The notes: generated by a model not told the origin, from the sequence alone. Counted from the first letter of the stretch, positions 17,105 through 26,589 are shown. The stretch is 58,743 bases of DNA from an uncultured Gammaproteobacteria bacterium (GCA_964646925.1 CAZYIC010000001.1:1-58743); one strand, 5' to 3'. A program made the numbers and translations.

Positions 17105-18337
17105 TTATAGAAATGCTTTTTTAATTCTTTCCAAGGTTTTTTCTTTCCCCAATATTTCCAACGACTCAGGAAGAGGCAATCCTTTTTCAAAACCCGTTGT
17201 AATTTTGTATAAAACACTTCCTTTTGCCTTGTGCTGAGTTAAAACTTCTTTCATCACAGAAAGAATTGCCTCTTTGTTCCAATTTTTAATTTCTGAAAAT
17301 TTTTCCCAAAGAGTCTTGGCAATAATTTCTTCCTCCCTGGACAGTTTCGGTGTTTTTGAAATAACCAAATTCCTAAACTCCCCAAGGGTCTTTATCCTGG
17401 TTTTGGCCAGATCAAGAATTTTATCTGCATTTTTTTCGCTTACTACATCCAACACCTCTTTATCATCTTTATAAAAATCAGCTATTTGAGTTTTGAGTTT
17501 TGAGTTTTGAGTTTGCCTTATGTATTCTCCATTCATCCACGTTAACTTCTGTAAATCAAAAATGGGGGCAACTGTTCCAACATCTTTCAATTCAAAAACC
17601 TCTATCAATTCTCGCAATGAAAGTATTTCTTTTCCCTTTGGATGGCTCCAGCCCAAAAGCGCCATAAAATTTAAAAGAGCTTCTTTCAAGTATCCGTCTT
17701 GCTTTAAACCCAGTACAGATTTTGCACCATGTCTTTTGGATAATTTTGTTTTGTCCGGTCCCAGAATAACGGGCAGATGAGCAAAGATAGGAAGATCCCA
17801 ACCAAAGGCTCTATAGAGTAAAATGTGTTTTGGTGTTGAAGAAATCCATTCGTCTCCGCGAATTACATGGGAGATATTCATCAGATGATCGTCTACTACG
17901 TTTGCCAAATGGTATGTTGGAAATCCGTCTGACTTAAGAATTACAAAGTCTTCAATAACATCGGTTTTAAAGGAGATTTTTTTATTTCCTATTGCATCTG
18001 TCCAAGATATTTCCCGATTGGCTGGAACCTTGAATCTTACTGCTCCTTCATCTTCATAAGCTGATCCTTTTTTCAAAAGAATCTCTACATGCTCTTTGTA
18101 AATATCTTTTCTTTCCGATTGCGTATACTCCTCATCCCACAGAATTCCCAACCAATTAAGAATTTCAAAAATTGCTTCTTTTGCCCCGGGAACAATTCTA
18201 GATTGATCTGTATCTTCAATACGAACTATAAATTTACCTTTTGTGTGTTTGGCAAAAAGATAATTAAAAAGCGCAGTTCTCGTATTTCCAATATGCGGAA
18301 TTCCTGTAGGACTTGGTGCAATTCTAACTCTAACCAT
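17105..18337 (-). CDS. gltX: Glutamyl-tRNA synthetase
   Basis: HIGN (PHIGNTRTA) and KLSKR class I motifs. I placed the start at MVRVRIAPSPTG (ATG 18337), not at the upstream extension in the track. Confidence 0.93.
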   Translation of the reverse strand: MVRVRIAPSPTGIPHIGNTRTALFNYLFAKHTKGKFIVRIEDTDQSRIVPGAKEAIFEILNWLGILWDEEYTQSERKDIYKEHVEILLKKGSAYEDEGAVRFKVPANREISWTDAIGNKKISFKTDVIEDFVILKSDGFPTYHLANVVDDHLMNISHVIRGDEWISSTPKHILLYRAFGWDLPIFAHLPVILGPDKTKLSKRHGAKSVLGLKQDGYLKEALLNFMALLGWSHPKGKEILSLRELIEVFELKDVGTVAPIFDLQKLTWMNGEYIRQTQNSKLKTQIADFYKDDKEVLDVVSEKNADKILDLAKTRIKTLGEFRNLVISKTPKLSREEEIIAKTLWEKFSEIKNWNKEAILSVMKEVLTQHKAKGSVLYKITTGFEKGLPLPESLEILGKEKTLERIKKAFL

Positions 18338-18381
18338 AATTGTATTGATTGTACTTGAATTTTTCTTTATACTCAAGGTAC

Positions 18382-19419
18382 ATGCCAACCTTAAGCAAAA
18401 CTACAGAGAAAACGAAACTAATTCTTAAATGGGGCGGAATTTCTTTAATTATATTTTTCCTTTCTCTAATAGTTTTAAAATTTATAACGATTATTAAAGA
18501 TAGCTTAACCCCGCCGCCTCCGCCTCAGGCTTCTTTTGGGAAATTGCCTCCGATTTCTTTTCCCAACCAATCGAAAAGAAATATTACTTATTCTATTGAC
18601 ACTATTTCGGGAGTTCTACCAAATTTTAGCGACCGGGCTAAAGTATACAGAATAAATATTGCAAAGCCGACTTTCCTTGCGCTTGATGAGGCTTCGGAAA
18701 AAGTTGCAAAAGTCGGATTCGCCTCTATTGGAACCCTGATTACGGAAGACGTATATCAATGGGTGGATCAAAATATTCCTCAAAGAAGGATAACGATGAA
18801 CATTTTTTCTCAGGATTTTACCCTGACATCGCCCTATCTCATAACCCCGTCTTTAGAGACTTTAAACAACTTTTCCGAGCGGGAAAACGCTATTAAATTA
18901 GCCGAATCATTTCTCTCGAGTATGTCTTTACTGCCCAATGATATAGATATGGAAAAAACAAAATCAAATCTTTACTCAATAGAGCAAAGTACGCTTAATC
19001 CTACATCCGATATTTCAAATGCGAAAATCGTAAAAGTGGATTTTTTTCAAAAAAATCTGGACGATATTCCAATCTATTATGAAAAAGGTTTAGCATCAAC
19101 CCTTAATTTTCTGATTGGCAGACAGAATAATCAATTAAAAGTATTCGAAGCTCACTTTTTCTATAAAAATGTTTCCGAAAACTCCTCTACCTATGCGATA
19201 AAATCTGCCTCTGAGGCTTATGAAGATCTAAAAAGCGGAAAAGCATATATCGCATCCATTCCCCAAGATACCGTTGAGGTTAATATCAGAAAAATCTTGT
19301 TGGGATATTATATGGGAGAAGGTCAGCAGGATTTTTTAATGCCGGTTATCGTCTTTGAAGGAGACAATGATTTTATCGCATATGTCTCCGCAGTTAAGGA
19401 TGAATGGATAGGTAATTAA
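18382..19419 (+). CDS. Hypothetical membrane-anchored extracytoplasmic protein
   Basis: N-terminal TM segment followed by a PPPPPQ linker. No recognisable domain. Start taken at MPTLSK, with TTGATT-N17-TATACT 8 nt upstream. Confidence 0.45.
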   Translation: MPTLSKTTEKTKLILKWGGISLIIFFLSLIVLKFITIIKDSLTPPPPPQASFGKLPPISFPNQSKRNITYSIDTISGVLPNFSDRAKVYRINIAKPTFLALDEASEKVAKVGFASIGTLITEDVYQWVDQNIPQRRITMNIFSQDFTLTSPYLITPSLETLNNFSERENAIKLAESFLSSMSLLPNDIDMEKTKSNLYSIEQSTLNPTSDISNAKIVKVDFFQKNLDDIPIYYEKGLASTLNFLIGRQNNQLKVFEAHFFYKNVSENSSTYAIKSASEAYEDLKSGKAYIASIPQDTVEVNIRKILLGYYMGEGQQDFLMPVIVFEGDNDFIAYVSAVKDEWIGN

Positions 19420-20371
19420 TATTTTCCGATATCGAATATAAAATTTTACTGGTATCCCAAAAGCGATCCTGACTGTCCATAACTACGATAATAAGAGTAT
19501 GTTTTCTGCCTTCATTATCAACTTCTGCCTTTGAAGTAACTAAAACCTGCCCTGCCTCATTGGTGTATCCTGTTTTTATGCCGTTTACTCCGTTCACTCC
19601 AAGTAATTTATTAAGATTATTAAGTAAATATTTATTTTTTCCTTTTATGTCCGATATTTCTATTGTTTTTGTTGCGACAATGTCTTTAAATATTTTATCT
19701 TCCAAAGCAAATGATGCTAATCTTGCCAGATCCAAAGGCGTTGTATAATCACGGCTGTCTTCCAATCCGATTGCATCCGCAAAATGAGTTTTTTCAAGAT
19801 GAAGCAATTGCGCTTTCTCATTCATTTTTCTTACAAATTCTTTTTCTTCTCCCGGATAATTCTGAGCCAGGGCCAAAGCCGCATCGTTTCCGGATGGAAG
19901 CAGCATTGAATATAAAATGTCCTCGAATAACAATTGTTCTCCAATTTTAAATCCCACATTAACTCCTTCAACATTCTCTGTTTTAATTTTAATAATATCT
20001 TTCATTTTGTAAAAATCCAAAGCAACCAATGCTGTCATGATTTTTGTTGTCGAAGCTAATGAGAATAAAAGATTTGGGTTTTTTGAAAAAAGTACTGCCT
20101 TGGAATCGCTATCCATTACAACTGCTGCTTTGGCAGATATATCCGGATTTATTTGTGTCTTAAAAACAGGATATTGTGTCTTTGAAGTCTTTAATGGGGA
20201 CTCTTTTATTTTTTTATCAAAGATATAATATCTTAAAAGTACATCTAAAAGAGCAAAACTAGCCAAAAAGAAAAGGCAAAACAGAACAAATACATGCAGC
20301 AAAAATCTTTTCTTCTTTTTGAGAAAATTAACGATTTTTTTTATCTTTATCAATTGCTGAAAGTCTTTCAT
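19394..20371 (-). CDS. D-alanyl-D-alanine carboxypeptidase (peptidase S11, PBP5-like)
   Basis: SxxK (ASTTK), SGN (PSGNDAA) and KTG (IKTGYT) motifs with an N-terminal TM segment. Confidence 0.88.
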   Translation of the reverse strand: MKDFQQLIKIKKIVNFLKKKKRFLLHVFVLFCLFFLASFALLDVLLRYYIFDKKIKESPLKTSKTQYPVFKTQINPDISAKAAVVMDSDSKAVLFSKNPNLLFSLASTTKIMTALVALDFYKMKDIIKIKTENVEGVNVGFKIGEQLLFEDILYSMLLPSGNDAALALAQNYPGEEKEFVRKMNEKAQLLHLEKTHFADAIGLEDSRDYTTPLDLARLASFALEDKIFKDIVATKTIEISDIKGKNKYLLNNLNKLLGVNGVNGIKTGYTNEAGQVLVTSKAEVDNEGRKHTLIIVVMDSQDRFWDTSKILYSISENINYLSIHP

Positions 20372-21665
20372 CTACACGCTCCATGTCTCGGGGAAAAAGA
20401 CTCGCTTCCCTAACATTACTTAAATTAAGAAGTTTCATGGTAATTCTCTCCAGACCAAACGAGAATCCCCCTTCCGGAGGCATTCCATATTTAAACGCCA
20501 TCAAATACATCTCAAAACTTTTTGGATTCATTCCGCGATCTTTGATGGATTTTACAAGATCGCTATAGTCATGTCTTCTTTGGCTTCCGCTTAAAATCTC
20601 AAGTCCCTTGAATAACAAATCGTAGCTTAAGGAATATTCCGGATTTTTTGGATCTGGCATTGTATAAAAAGGTTTCGCCAGTGTAGGAAAATGGGTGATC
20701 GTCACAAAATCGCTTGCGTACTTTTCTTTTGCCCACTTGCATATATCAACTTCGTCTTGAGGAGCTAAATCTTTCTCTCTTCTTATATCTCTGCCAAATT
20801 CTTTAAATATAATCTCCTGTGCCTCACGAAGAGTAAGCCTTGGAATTTTTCCAAATGCAACTTCGACCTTGCAATAATTTTGAACGTATTTAAGCATCTT
20901 AACAGCGGTTGATTCCAAAAGGTCAAGCAATTCATCAAATTCAACAAATCCAAATTCACAATCCATTTGCGTTGTTTCCGCAAGATGACGGGTAGTAACA
21001 GAGGGCTCTGCTCTATAGGCATGGGCAATCGTCCAGACCCGTTCGAAAACCGGCACCATCATTTGTTTGTATAATTGAGGGCTTTGTGAAAGAAGCGTCT
21101 TGTGTCCATAATAGTCAACTGCAAAAAGCTCTGATCCTCCTTCAGTTGAGCTTGCGACAATTGTTGGTACAACTATTTCGGTGCAACCTAAATTCTCAGC
21201 TGTCTTCCTGAAGCCTTCAAGTACTTTTGATTGAACTTTGAAAATCTCCGAAATTTTTGAATGGCGAAGAGTTAACGAACGATTATCCAAAAGGGTCGGA
21301 AGCTCAAGATTGAGATCTCTTCCTCCCATATCAAAAGGCAAAGTCTCTGCTTTGGATAGGACAACAATTTCCTTAGCCTCAAGCTCGACGCTGCCGGCAG
21401 GCGAATTTTTGTCAACTGCATTTTCGGGTCTTTTTTTGACTTCTCCTGTTACTGCAACCACGAACTCAGACTTTAATTCCTTCGCAGATTCATATGCGCT
21501 TTCTGAAACTTTAGCATTAACCACTATTTGAAGAAAACCGGACCTATCTCTGAGGCTTAAAAATATCAGCTTACCATGATCGCGCCGTAAATGAATCCAG
21601 CCATTTACAATTACAGATTCACCTACATGGTCAACGGTTTCTGAGATTAATGTGCGGTTTGACAT
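20328..21665 (-). CDS. aspS: Aspartyl-tRNA synthetase, archaeal/eukaryotic-type class IIb (about 440 aa)
   Basis: N-terminal OB fold (VNGWIHLRRDHGKLIFLSLRDRSG) and class II motifs (FRAE-like YRAEPS, GGFSFGLERI). Confidence 0.85.
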   Translation of the reverse strand: MSNRTLISETVDHVGESVIVNGWIHLRRDHGKLIFLSLRDRSGFLQIVVNAKVSESAYESAKELKSEFVVAVTGEVKKRPENAVDKNSPAGSVELEAKEIVVLSKAETLPFDMGGRDLNLELPTLLDNRSLTLRHSKISEIFKVQSKVLEGFRKTAENLGCTEIVVPTIVASSTEGGSELFAVDYYGHKTLLSQSPQLYKQMMVPVFERVWTIAHAYRAEPSVTTRHLAETTQMDCEFGFVEFDELLDLLESTAVKMLKYVQNYCKVEVAFGKIPRLTLREAQEIIFKEFGRDIRREKDLAPQDEVDICKWAKEKYASDFVTITHFPTLAKPFYTMPDPKNPEYSLSYDLLFKGLEILSGSQRRHDYSDLVKSIKDRGMNPKSFEMYLMAFKYGMPPEGGFSFGLERITMKLLNLSNVREASLFPRDMERVDERLSAIDKDKKNR

Positions 21666-21715
21666 TTGATAGTTATTATTGTATATTAGTTTTTTGTCCT
21701 TGACAAGTTGTAAGA

Positions 21716-21740
21716 TAGATTACAAATATCTTGTAATCTA
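21716..21740. promoter_or_regulatory. Perfect 10-bp inverted repeat (candidate operator) in the aspS / ORF21814 divergent region
   Basis: TAGATTACAA-ATATC-TTGTAATCTA, 10 nt downstream of a TTGACA (21700-21705). Confidence 0.35.
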
Positions 21741-21813
21741 GCCTACAAATGTCAGATTGCCGTCAGCTACCTGTCAAGCCAAATCTCAATAAAATAGCTA
21801 TATTATATAATAT

Positions 21814-22140
21814 ATGGTAGAAAGAAATTTTGACCTTGGATTTCCACAAGGACCTAATGGGATAAGATTGGTTCCCGTTAAAGGCCAGATCGGCAAAACC
21901 GAGGAAATGGACACTACGACTCCTTATGGAAGAGCACAACAACTAGTAGACGAGCTTAGATTTATGGCTGGTACGCTAGGAACAAGTGTTTCATATCAAG
22001 CTACAACTCCTATTGTTCCCGGAAATAATAACTCAAAAAAAGATAATCAAAAAATTCGCAACGGAGGTCTTAGTCCTTTTTATGAAAGACAATACCGGGG
22101 TCCTCAAAAAGCAAAACTTCATCCCTTACGAAAATTTTAA
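21814..22140 (+). CDS. Hypothetical small protein
   Basis: 108-aa ORF. No recognisable motif. The 3' end overlaps the recJ stop by 4 nt. Confidence 0.35.
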   Translation: MVERNFDLGFPQGPNGIRLVPVKGQIGKTEEMDTTTPYGRAQQLVDELRFMAGTLGTSVSYQATTPIVPGNNNSKKDNQKIRNGGLSPFYERQYRGPQKAKLHPLRKF

Positions 22141-23978
22141 AAAGATCTTAAATCCTTAATTTTCAATTGTAGTCTTTTGTTTCCATTCCCGCCTGCAAAT
22201 GCCTGAGCATTGCTCTGGCGGGCAGGCCATTCATTTTCGTCAATTGTATAAACAATATCAATCTTTTCGCCGGTTTTAATTTTAGAAAACATTTCCCCCA
22301 TCCCAAACCCAATTGCATCAAATACAGTATCGTCATTCTGAGGCACAGCCGAAGAATCTCTAGATCCTTCACTTCGTCCTGCGCCAGACGGTGCGGGACT
22401 TCGTTCAGGATGACACACTAATCGCATTTTTAGGTGCTTTCCTTCTGCGCCAACCATTCTTATCTCTTCAATCACAACGCCTTTACTTATAAATGTTGGC
22501 TCCGGATTTCCCATCCCAAAAGGAGCAAGTTTCTGCAAAGCTTCATACAAATTGACGTCAACGAAAGATAAAGGCAACTCACAATCAATCTTTAAGCTCC
22601 GGGTCAGCAAGTCTTCGTTAAGCATTAATTCCGCTTTTCTCTCCAAGGCTTTTTGAAGTTTTAGAAGTTTTATTGTCTCAACTGTAAATCCCGCTGCCAT
22701 CGGATGTCCTCCGGCATCCACCAAAAATTCTGAGGCGCTTCTGATAAATTCAATTATGTTAAATCCGCTCACAGACCTAGCCGATGCTTTGCTAAATTTT
22801 TTCCCAATTGAAACTACTATTGTAGGTCTATAGAATTCTTCAACCATTTTTCCGGCAACAAGACCGATAACCCCCTGCCCATAACTTTCATGAGAAATAA
22901 ATAGTAAATTCTTTAGCTTCTCTTTTTTCATTTTTACATAATCTTTCGCGTGCAAAACTGCCTGCATTGTTAAATCTTGTCTCTCCCTGTTCGTACTCCC
23001 TAGCAAACGGGCAAGATCTTCTGCTCTTTTTTTATTATTAGTGCAAATCAAACGCAAGCTATCCATTGCATATTCCAGTCTTCCCATTGCGTTAACACGG
23101 GGCGCAATTAGATGTCCTATTTCATAAACTCCGATTTTTTCTTTTTCCAAACCAGCTTCTTTGAAAAGCTCCAAAAGCCCTACCCGTTTTGTTTTCCTCA
23201 AAGCTTCCAAACCAAATTTTAATAATGTCCTGTTTGCGCCCTTCAAGGGAACCAAATCCGCAACCGTCGCAAGCGCTACCAACTCTAAATGTTTCTCGTT
23301 GTCATGCTGAACTTGCTCGCCTCGCTGCGAAGCGGGTTTCAGCGTCTCCTTTTTATTGAGCTGAAATGAATTCAGGATGACACAGGAGAAAAGCCAAGCG
23401 ACTCCGGTTCCGCACAACTTGGTCGTATGAACAATTGCAAGAGCCTTTGGTTTTGTTTTTGAAGGAACGTGGTGGTCGGTAATAATTACATCTATTCCCT
23501 GTCCGTTAGCAAAATCAACTGCCTTATTTGCAACAATCCCATTGTCTACGGTAATTATCAAACCGCAATTTTTAATTTTTAATTTTAAATTTTTAATTCC
23601 TGTCTCCGACAGGCCGTATCCTTCATCGATTCTATGTGGAATATACGGCATAACCTTTGCGCCAATTGAATTGAGGGTCTCCCAAAGAATCGCCGTGCCG
23701 CAAATTCCATCAACATCATAATCTCCAAAAACTACAATTTGTTCCTTGTTCTTAATTGCATTTTGAATCCTCGAAATTGCCTTATTTAATTGCTTTTTAT
23801 TAATTCCAACGCTATTAATATTTACATTTTCAATTTTTGGATGCAAAAACTCCTCAATCTCTCTTTTTGTCTTTATTCCCCGATTTTCTAGAATAATTTT
23901 TATTAGATCGTCTGTATTGAATTTTGCCTGCCCGCCGAAGCCTCGGCGAAGGAGGGAATTTTGAATTTTGAATTTCAC
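22137..23978 (-). CDS. recJ: Single-stranded-DNA-specific exonuclease RecJ carrying repeat-derived in-frame insertions
   Basis: DHH motifs (FGDYDVDGICGTA, ITDHHVP), DHHA1 (GGHPMAAG) and a C-terminal OB region. The start is uncertain. I chose GTG 23978 because the ATG at 24011 would overlap the divergent cca start. Confidence 0.9.
   Translation of the reverse strand: MKFKIQNSLLRRGFGGQAKFNTDDLIKIILENRGIKTKREIEEFLHPKIENVNINSVGINKKQLNKAISRIQNAIKNKEQIVVFGDYDVDGICGTAILWETLNSIGAKVMPYIPHRIDEGYGLSETGIKNLKLKIKNCGLIITVDNGIVANKAVDFANGQGIDVIITDHHVPSKTKPKALAIVHTTKLCGTGVAWLFSCVILNSFQLNKKETLKPASQRGEQVQHDNEKHLELVALATVADLVPLKGANRTLLKFGLEALRKTKRVGLLELFKEAGLEKEKIGVYEIGHLIAPRVNAMGRLEYAMDSLRLICTNNKKRAEDLARLLGSTNRERQDLTMQAVLHAKDYVKMKKEKLKNLLFISHESYGQGVIGLVAGKMVEEFYRPTIVVSIGKKFSKASARSVSGFNIIEFIRSASEFLVDAGGHPMAAGFTVETIKLLKLQKALERKAELMLNEDLLTRSLKIDCELPLSFVDVNLYEALQKLAPFGMGNPEPTFISKGVVIEEIRMVGAEGKHLKMRLVCHPERSPAPSGAGRSEGSRDSSAVPQNDDTVFDAIGFGMGEMFSKIKTGEKIDIVYTIDENEWPARQSNAQAFAGGNGNKRLQLKIKDLRSF
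22332..22415. repeat. Family-1 palindromic element (GTCATYCTGA...TCAGRATGAC), copy a; 84 bp, in frame inside recJ
   Basis: Terminal inverted repeats GTCATTCTGA / TCAGGATGAC. Encodes CHPERSPAPSGAGRSEGSRDSSAVPQND. About 80% identical to the reverse complement of copy d (40435-40514). Confidence 0.8.
23301..23382. repeat. Family-1 palindromic element, copy b (subtype with ATGCTGAA/TTCAGCAT hairpins), inside recJ
   Basis: GTCATGCTGAA...TTCAGGATGACA. Encodes VILNSFQLNKKETLKPASQRGEQVQHD. Related to the reverse complement of copy c, but with an extra GC-rich insert in the first hairpin loop. Confidence 0.7.
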
Positions 23979-24005
23979 ACTGTGATATACTATATCAGGA
24001 TGACA
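23926..24005. repeat. Composite repeat patch: family-2-like GC-rich unit, ATTTTGA heptamers, and a family-1 half-site
   Basis: GCCTGCCCGCCGAAGCCTCGGCGAAGGAGGG (compare 44050-44070), then ATTTTGA ATTTTGA, then TCAGGATGACA. Forms the recJ N-terminus on one strand and the cca ATG on the other. Confidence 0.55.
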
Positions 24006-25373
24006 CAACATATTCCACAACAAATTATCAACACCTACAACAAAATAAAAGAGGCTAATTTTGAAATTTATCTGGTTGGAGGGTGTGTTAGAAATCTTCT
24101 CCTCAAAAGAGATGTAAAAGACTGGGATATGACTACCAATGCAACTCCGGAACAGATTCTCAAGATTTTTAAGGATGGATTTTATGACAATAAATTCGGT
24201 ACAGTGGGCATTCCCCTCCATACTACAGTGTATGGAAGGTTGATTGTTGAGATTACAACTTTTAGAACAGAGACCGGTTACAGCGACAAAAGAAGACCCG
24301 ACAGTGTTTCCTGGGGAAAATCCATCGAGGAAGATCTTGCACGCCGCGACTTTACCATCAATTCCATCGCAATGAAACTAGACGCTCGACGCTCGACGCT
24401 AAGCACTAGCGTAATTGATCCTTACAATGGTCAGCAAGATATCAAGAATAAATTAATCCGTGCGGTTGGAAATCCGAACGAAAGATTCAAAGAAGATGCC
24501 CTAAGACTTTTAAGAGCGATAAGAATTGCAGCGGAATACCAGTTCATAATTGAAGAAAAAACATTCAAAGTTATTCAGGAAGATGCTCCATTAATTAAAA
24601 ATATTTCGGGAGAAAGAATCAAAACAGAATTATTAAGAATTTTATCAACAGATTTTACATATGACGGAATTATACTTTTAAAAAACTCCGGACTCTTGAA
24701 ACATATTCTTCCTGAACTATTGGAAGGAATCGATGTCTCCCAAGTAAGACCCGGACGACATCATACAACCGATGTTTTTACCCATAACATAATGTCATTG
24801 AAATTCTGTCCGTCAAACGATCCAATAGTAAGATTCGCAACCCTCATTCACGACATTGGCAAACCAAAAGCAATTGGCAAAGATGAAAATGGTCTTGTAA
24901 CTTTTTATAATCATGAAATAGTCGGAGCGAGAATAGCAAATGAGATTTGCGAAAGGCTGAGATTTTCCAAAAAAGAAAAAGACAGGGTTTACAACTTAAT
25001 TAGATGGCATATGTTTACTGTCGATGAAAAAGTAAGTGACGCCGGAATAAGAAGATTTATAAGACGAGTTGGAGTTGAAAATGTAAAAGATGTAATGGAT
25101 TTAAGAATTGGAGACAGGCTTGGAGGAGGAACCCAAACAGCAGAAAGCTGGAGACTTAAACTTTTCAAAAAAAGAATTGAAGAACAATTACAACCTGCCC
25201 CCTTCTCAATAAATGATTTAGCAATTGACGGAAATGACATTATTAAAGAATTAAATATTAAACCCGGACCAAAGATTGGCGAAATTCTCCAAAAACTTTT
25301 CCTCGAAGTCGACGAAGATCTCTCAAAAAACAATAAAGAATTCTTACTCAAAAGAATAAAAGAGCTTGATTAG
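24000..25373 (+). CDS. cca: CCA-adding tRNA nucleotidyltransferase with HD domain
   Basis: YLVGGCVRNLLL...DWD head domain and HD domain (LIHDIGKP). I placed the start at MTQHIPQQ (ATG 24000); the track start is a TTG extension. Confidence 0.9.
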   Translation: MTQHIPQQIINTYNKIKEANFEIYLVGGCVRNLLLKRDVKDWDMTTNATPEQILKIFKDGFYDNKFGTVGIPLHTTVYGRLIVEITTFRTETGYSDKRRPDSVSWGKSIEEDLARRDFTINSIAMKLDARRSTLSTSVIDPYNGQQDIKNKLIRAVGNPNERFKEDALRLLRAIRIAAEYQFIIEEKTFKVIQEDAPLIKNISGERIKTELLRILSTDFTYDGIILLKNSGLLKHILPELLEGIDVSQVRPGRHHTTDVFTHNIMSLKFCPSNDPIVRFATLIHDIGKPKAIGKDENGLVTFYNHEIVGARIANEICERLRFSKKEKDRVYNLIRWHMFTVDEKVSDAGIRRFIRRVGVENVKDVMDLRIGDRLGGGTQTAESWRLKLFKKRIEEQLQPAPFSINDLAIDGNDIIKELNIKPGPKIGEILQKLFLEVDEDLSKNNKEFLLKRIKELD

Positions 25374-25404
25374 TCCCGCTTAATCTTCTATAATTACTAA
25401 AATC

Positions 25405-26589
25405 ATGAAAAGGTATTTTACATCAGAGTCTGTAACCGAAGGACACCCTGATAAAATGTGCGATCAAATCGCGGACGCAATTTTGGATGAAATCCTCAGA
25501 AATGACCCCAAAGCCAGAGTCGCAGTAGAAGCACTGATAACAAACGGCGTTATTTTTGTTGCCGGAGAAATTACCACAAATACCTATGTCGAGATTCCTG
25601 AAATTGTCAGAAATGTCATTAGAGATATCGGCTATACGGATGCCAGATATGGCTTTCATTACGAAACAAGCGGAGTTACAATCGCGATCCACGGACAGTC
25701 AAGCGATATAGCAAGAGGTGTTGATAAATTTAAAGAGGTTAATAAAGGAAAAATCGTAGAAGAAGATTTGGAAAAATTAGGGGCAGGAGATCAAGGATTG
25801 ATGTTTGGTTTTGCTATTGACGAGACAGCTGAATTAATGCCGCTTCCAATTGTACTGGCGCATAAATTATGCCAGAGATTATCGCAAGCTAGAAAGAAGA
25901 AAATAATTAAAGGTTTAAGGCCTGATGGAAAATCACAGATTACGGTTGAATATAAAGACGGCAAACCTTTGAGAATTGATCAGGTTTTAATTGCCGCGCA
26001 ACACGATGAGGATATAAATCAGGAAAAGCTTAGAAAAGAAATTATAAATAAAGTTATCTTGAAAGTTCTACCAAAAAAATTAGTTGACAATAAAACAAAA
26101 TATCATGTTAACACTACCGGAAGATTTGTTATCGGAGGACCCCAAGGCGATACGGGATTAACAGGACGAAAAATAATTGTTGATACTTATGGAGGATATT
26201 CACGACATGGAGGCGGAGCATTCTCCGGTAAAGATCCAACCAAAGTAGACAGGTCTGCGCAATATATGGCTCGCTATATTGCGAAAAATATTGTAGCTGC
26301 AAAGCTAGCAAAAAAATGCGAGATTCAGATCTCTTATGCTATCGGGAAACCCGAGCCGATGTCTGTTTTGGTAGATACTTTCGGGACAGGAAAAATTGAT
26401 GATGAAAAATTAAGCGAGATAGTTTTGAAAACTTTTGACCTTCGACCGGGAATGATCATCAAACATTTAGGATTAAGAGCCCCTCTCTACAGACAAGTTG
26501 CAGCTTATGGGCATTTCGGACGAAATGACTTAAACCTTCCCTGGGAAAAAACCGACAAAATCTCCGCTTTACAAAAATTCTCCAAATAA
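25405..26589 (+). CDS. metK: S-adenosylmethionine synthetase
   Basis: 394 aa. [15 protein letters not shown] and [16 protein letters not shown] motifs. Confidence 0.97.
   Translation: MKRYFTSESVTEGHPDKMCDQIADAILDEILRNDPKARVAVEALITNGVIFVAGEITTNTYVEIPEIVRNVIRDIGYTDARYGFHYETSGVTIAIHGQSSDIARGVDKFKEVNKGKIVEEDLEKLGAGDQGLMFGFAIDETAELMPLPIVLAHKLCQRLSQARKKKIIKGLRPDGKSQITVEYKDGKPLRIDQVLIAAQHDEDINQEKLRKEIINKVILKVLPKKLVDNKTKYHVNTTGRFVIGGPQGDTGLTGRKIIVDTYGGYSRHGGGAFSGKDPTKVDRSAQYMARYIAKNIVAAKLAKKCEIQISYAIGKPEPMSVLVDTFGTGKIDDEKLSEIVLKTFDLRPGMIIKHLGLRAPLYRQVAAYGHFGRNDLNLPWEKTDKISALQKFSK

Noticed and set aside
23961-23999. TTG-initiated N-terminal extension of cca (MNFEFHTVIYYIR)
   Set aside because: It is encoded by the heptamer and palindrome repeat patch. 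The ATG at 24000 leaves the usual ~22 residues before the YLVGGCVRN motif.
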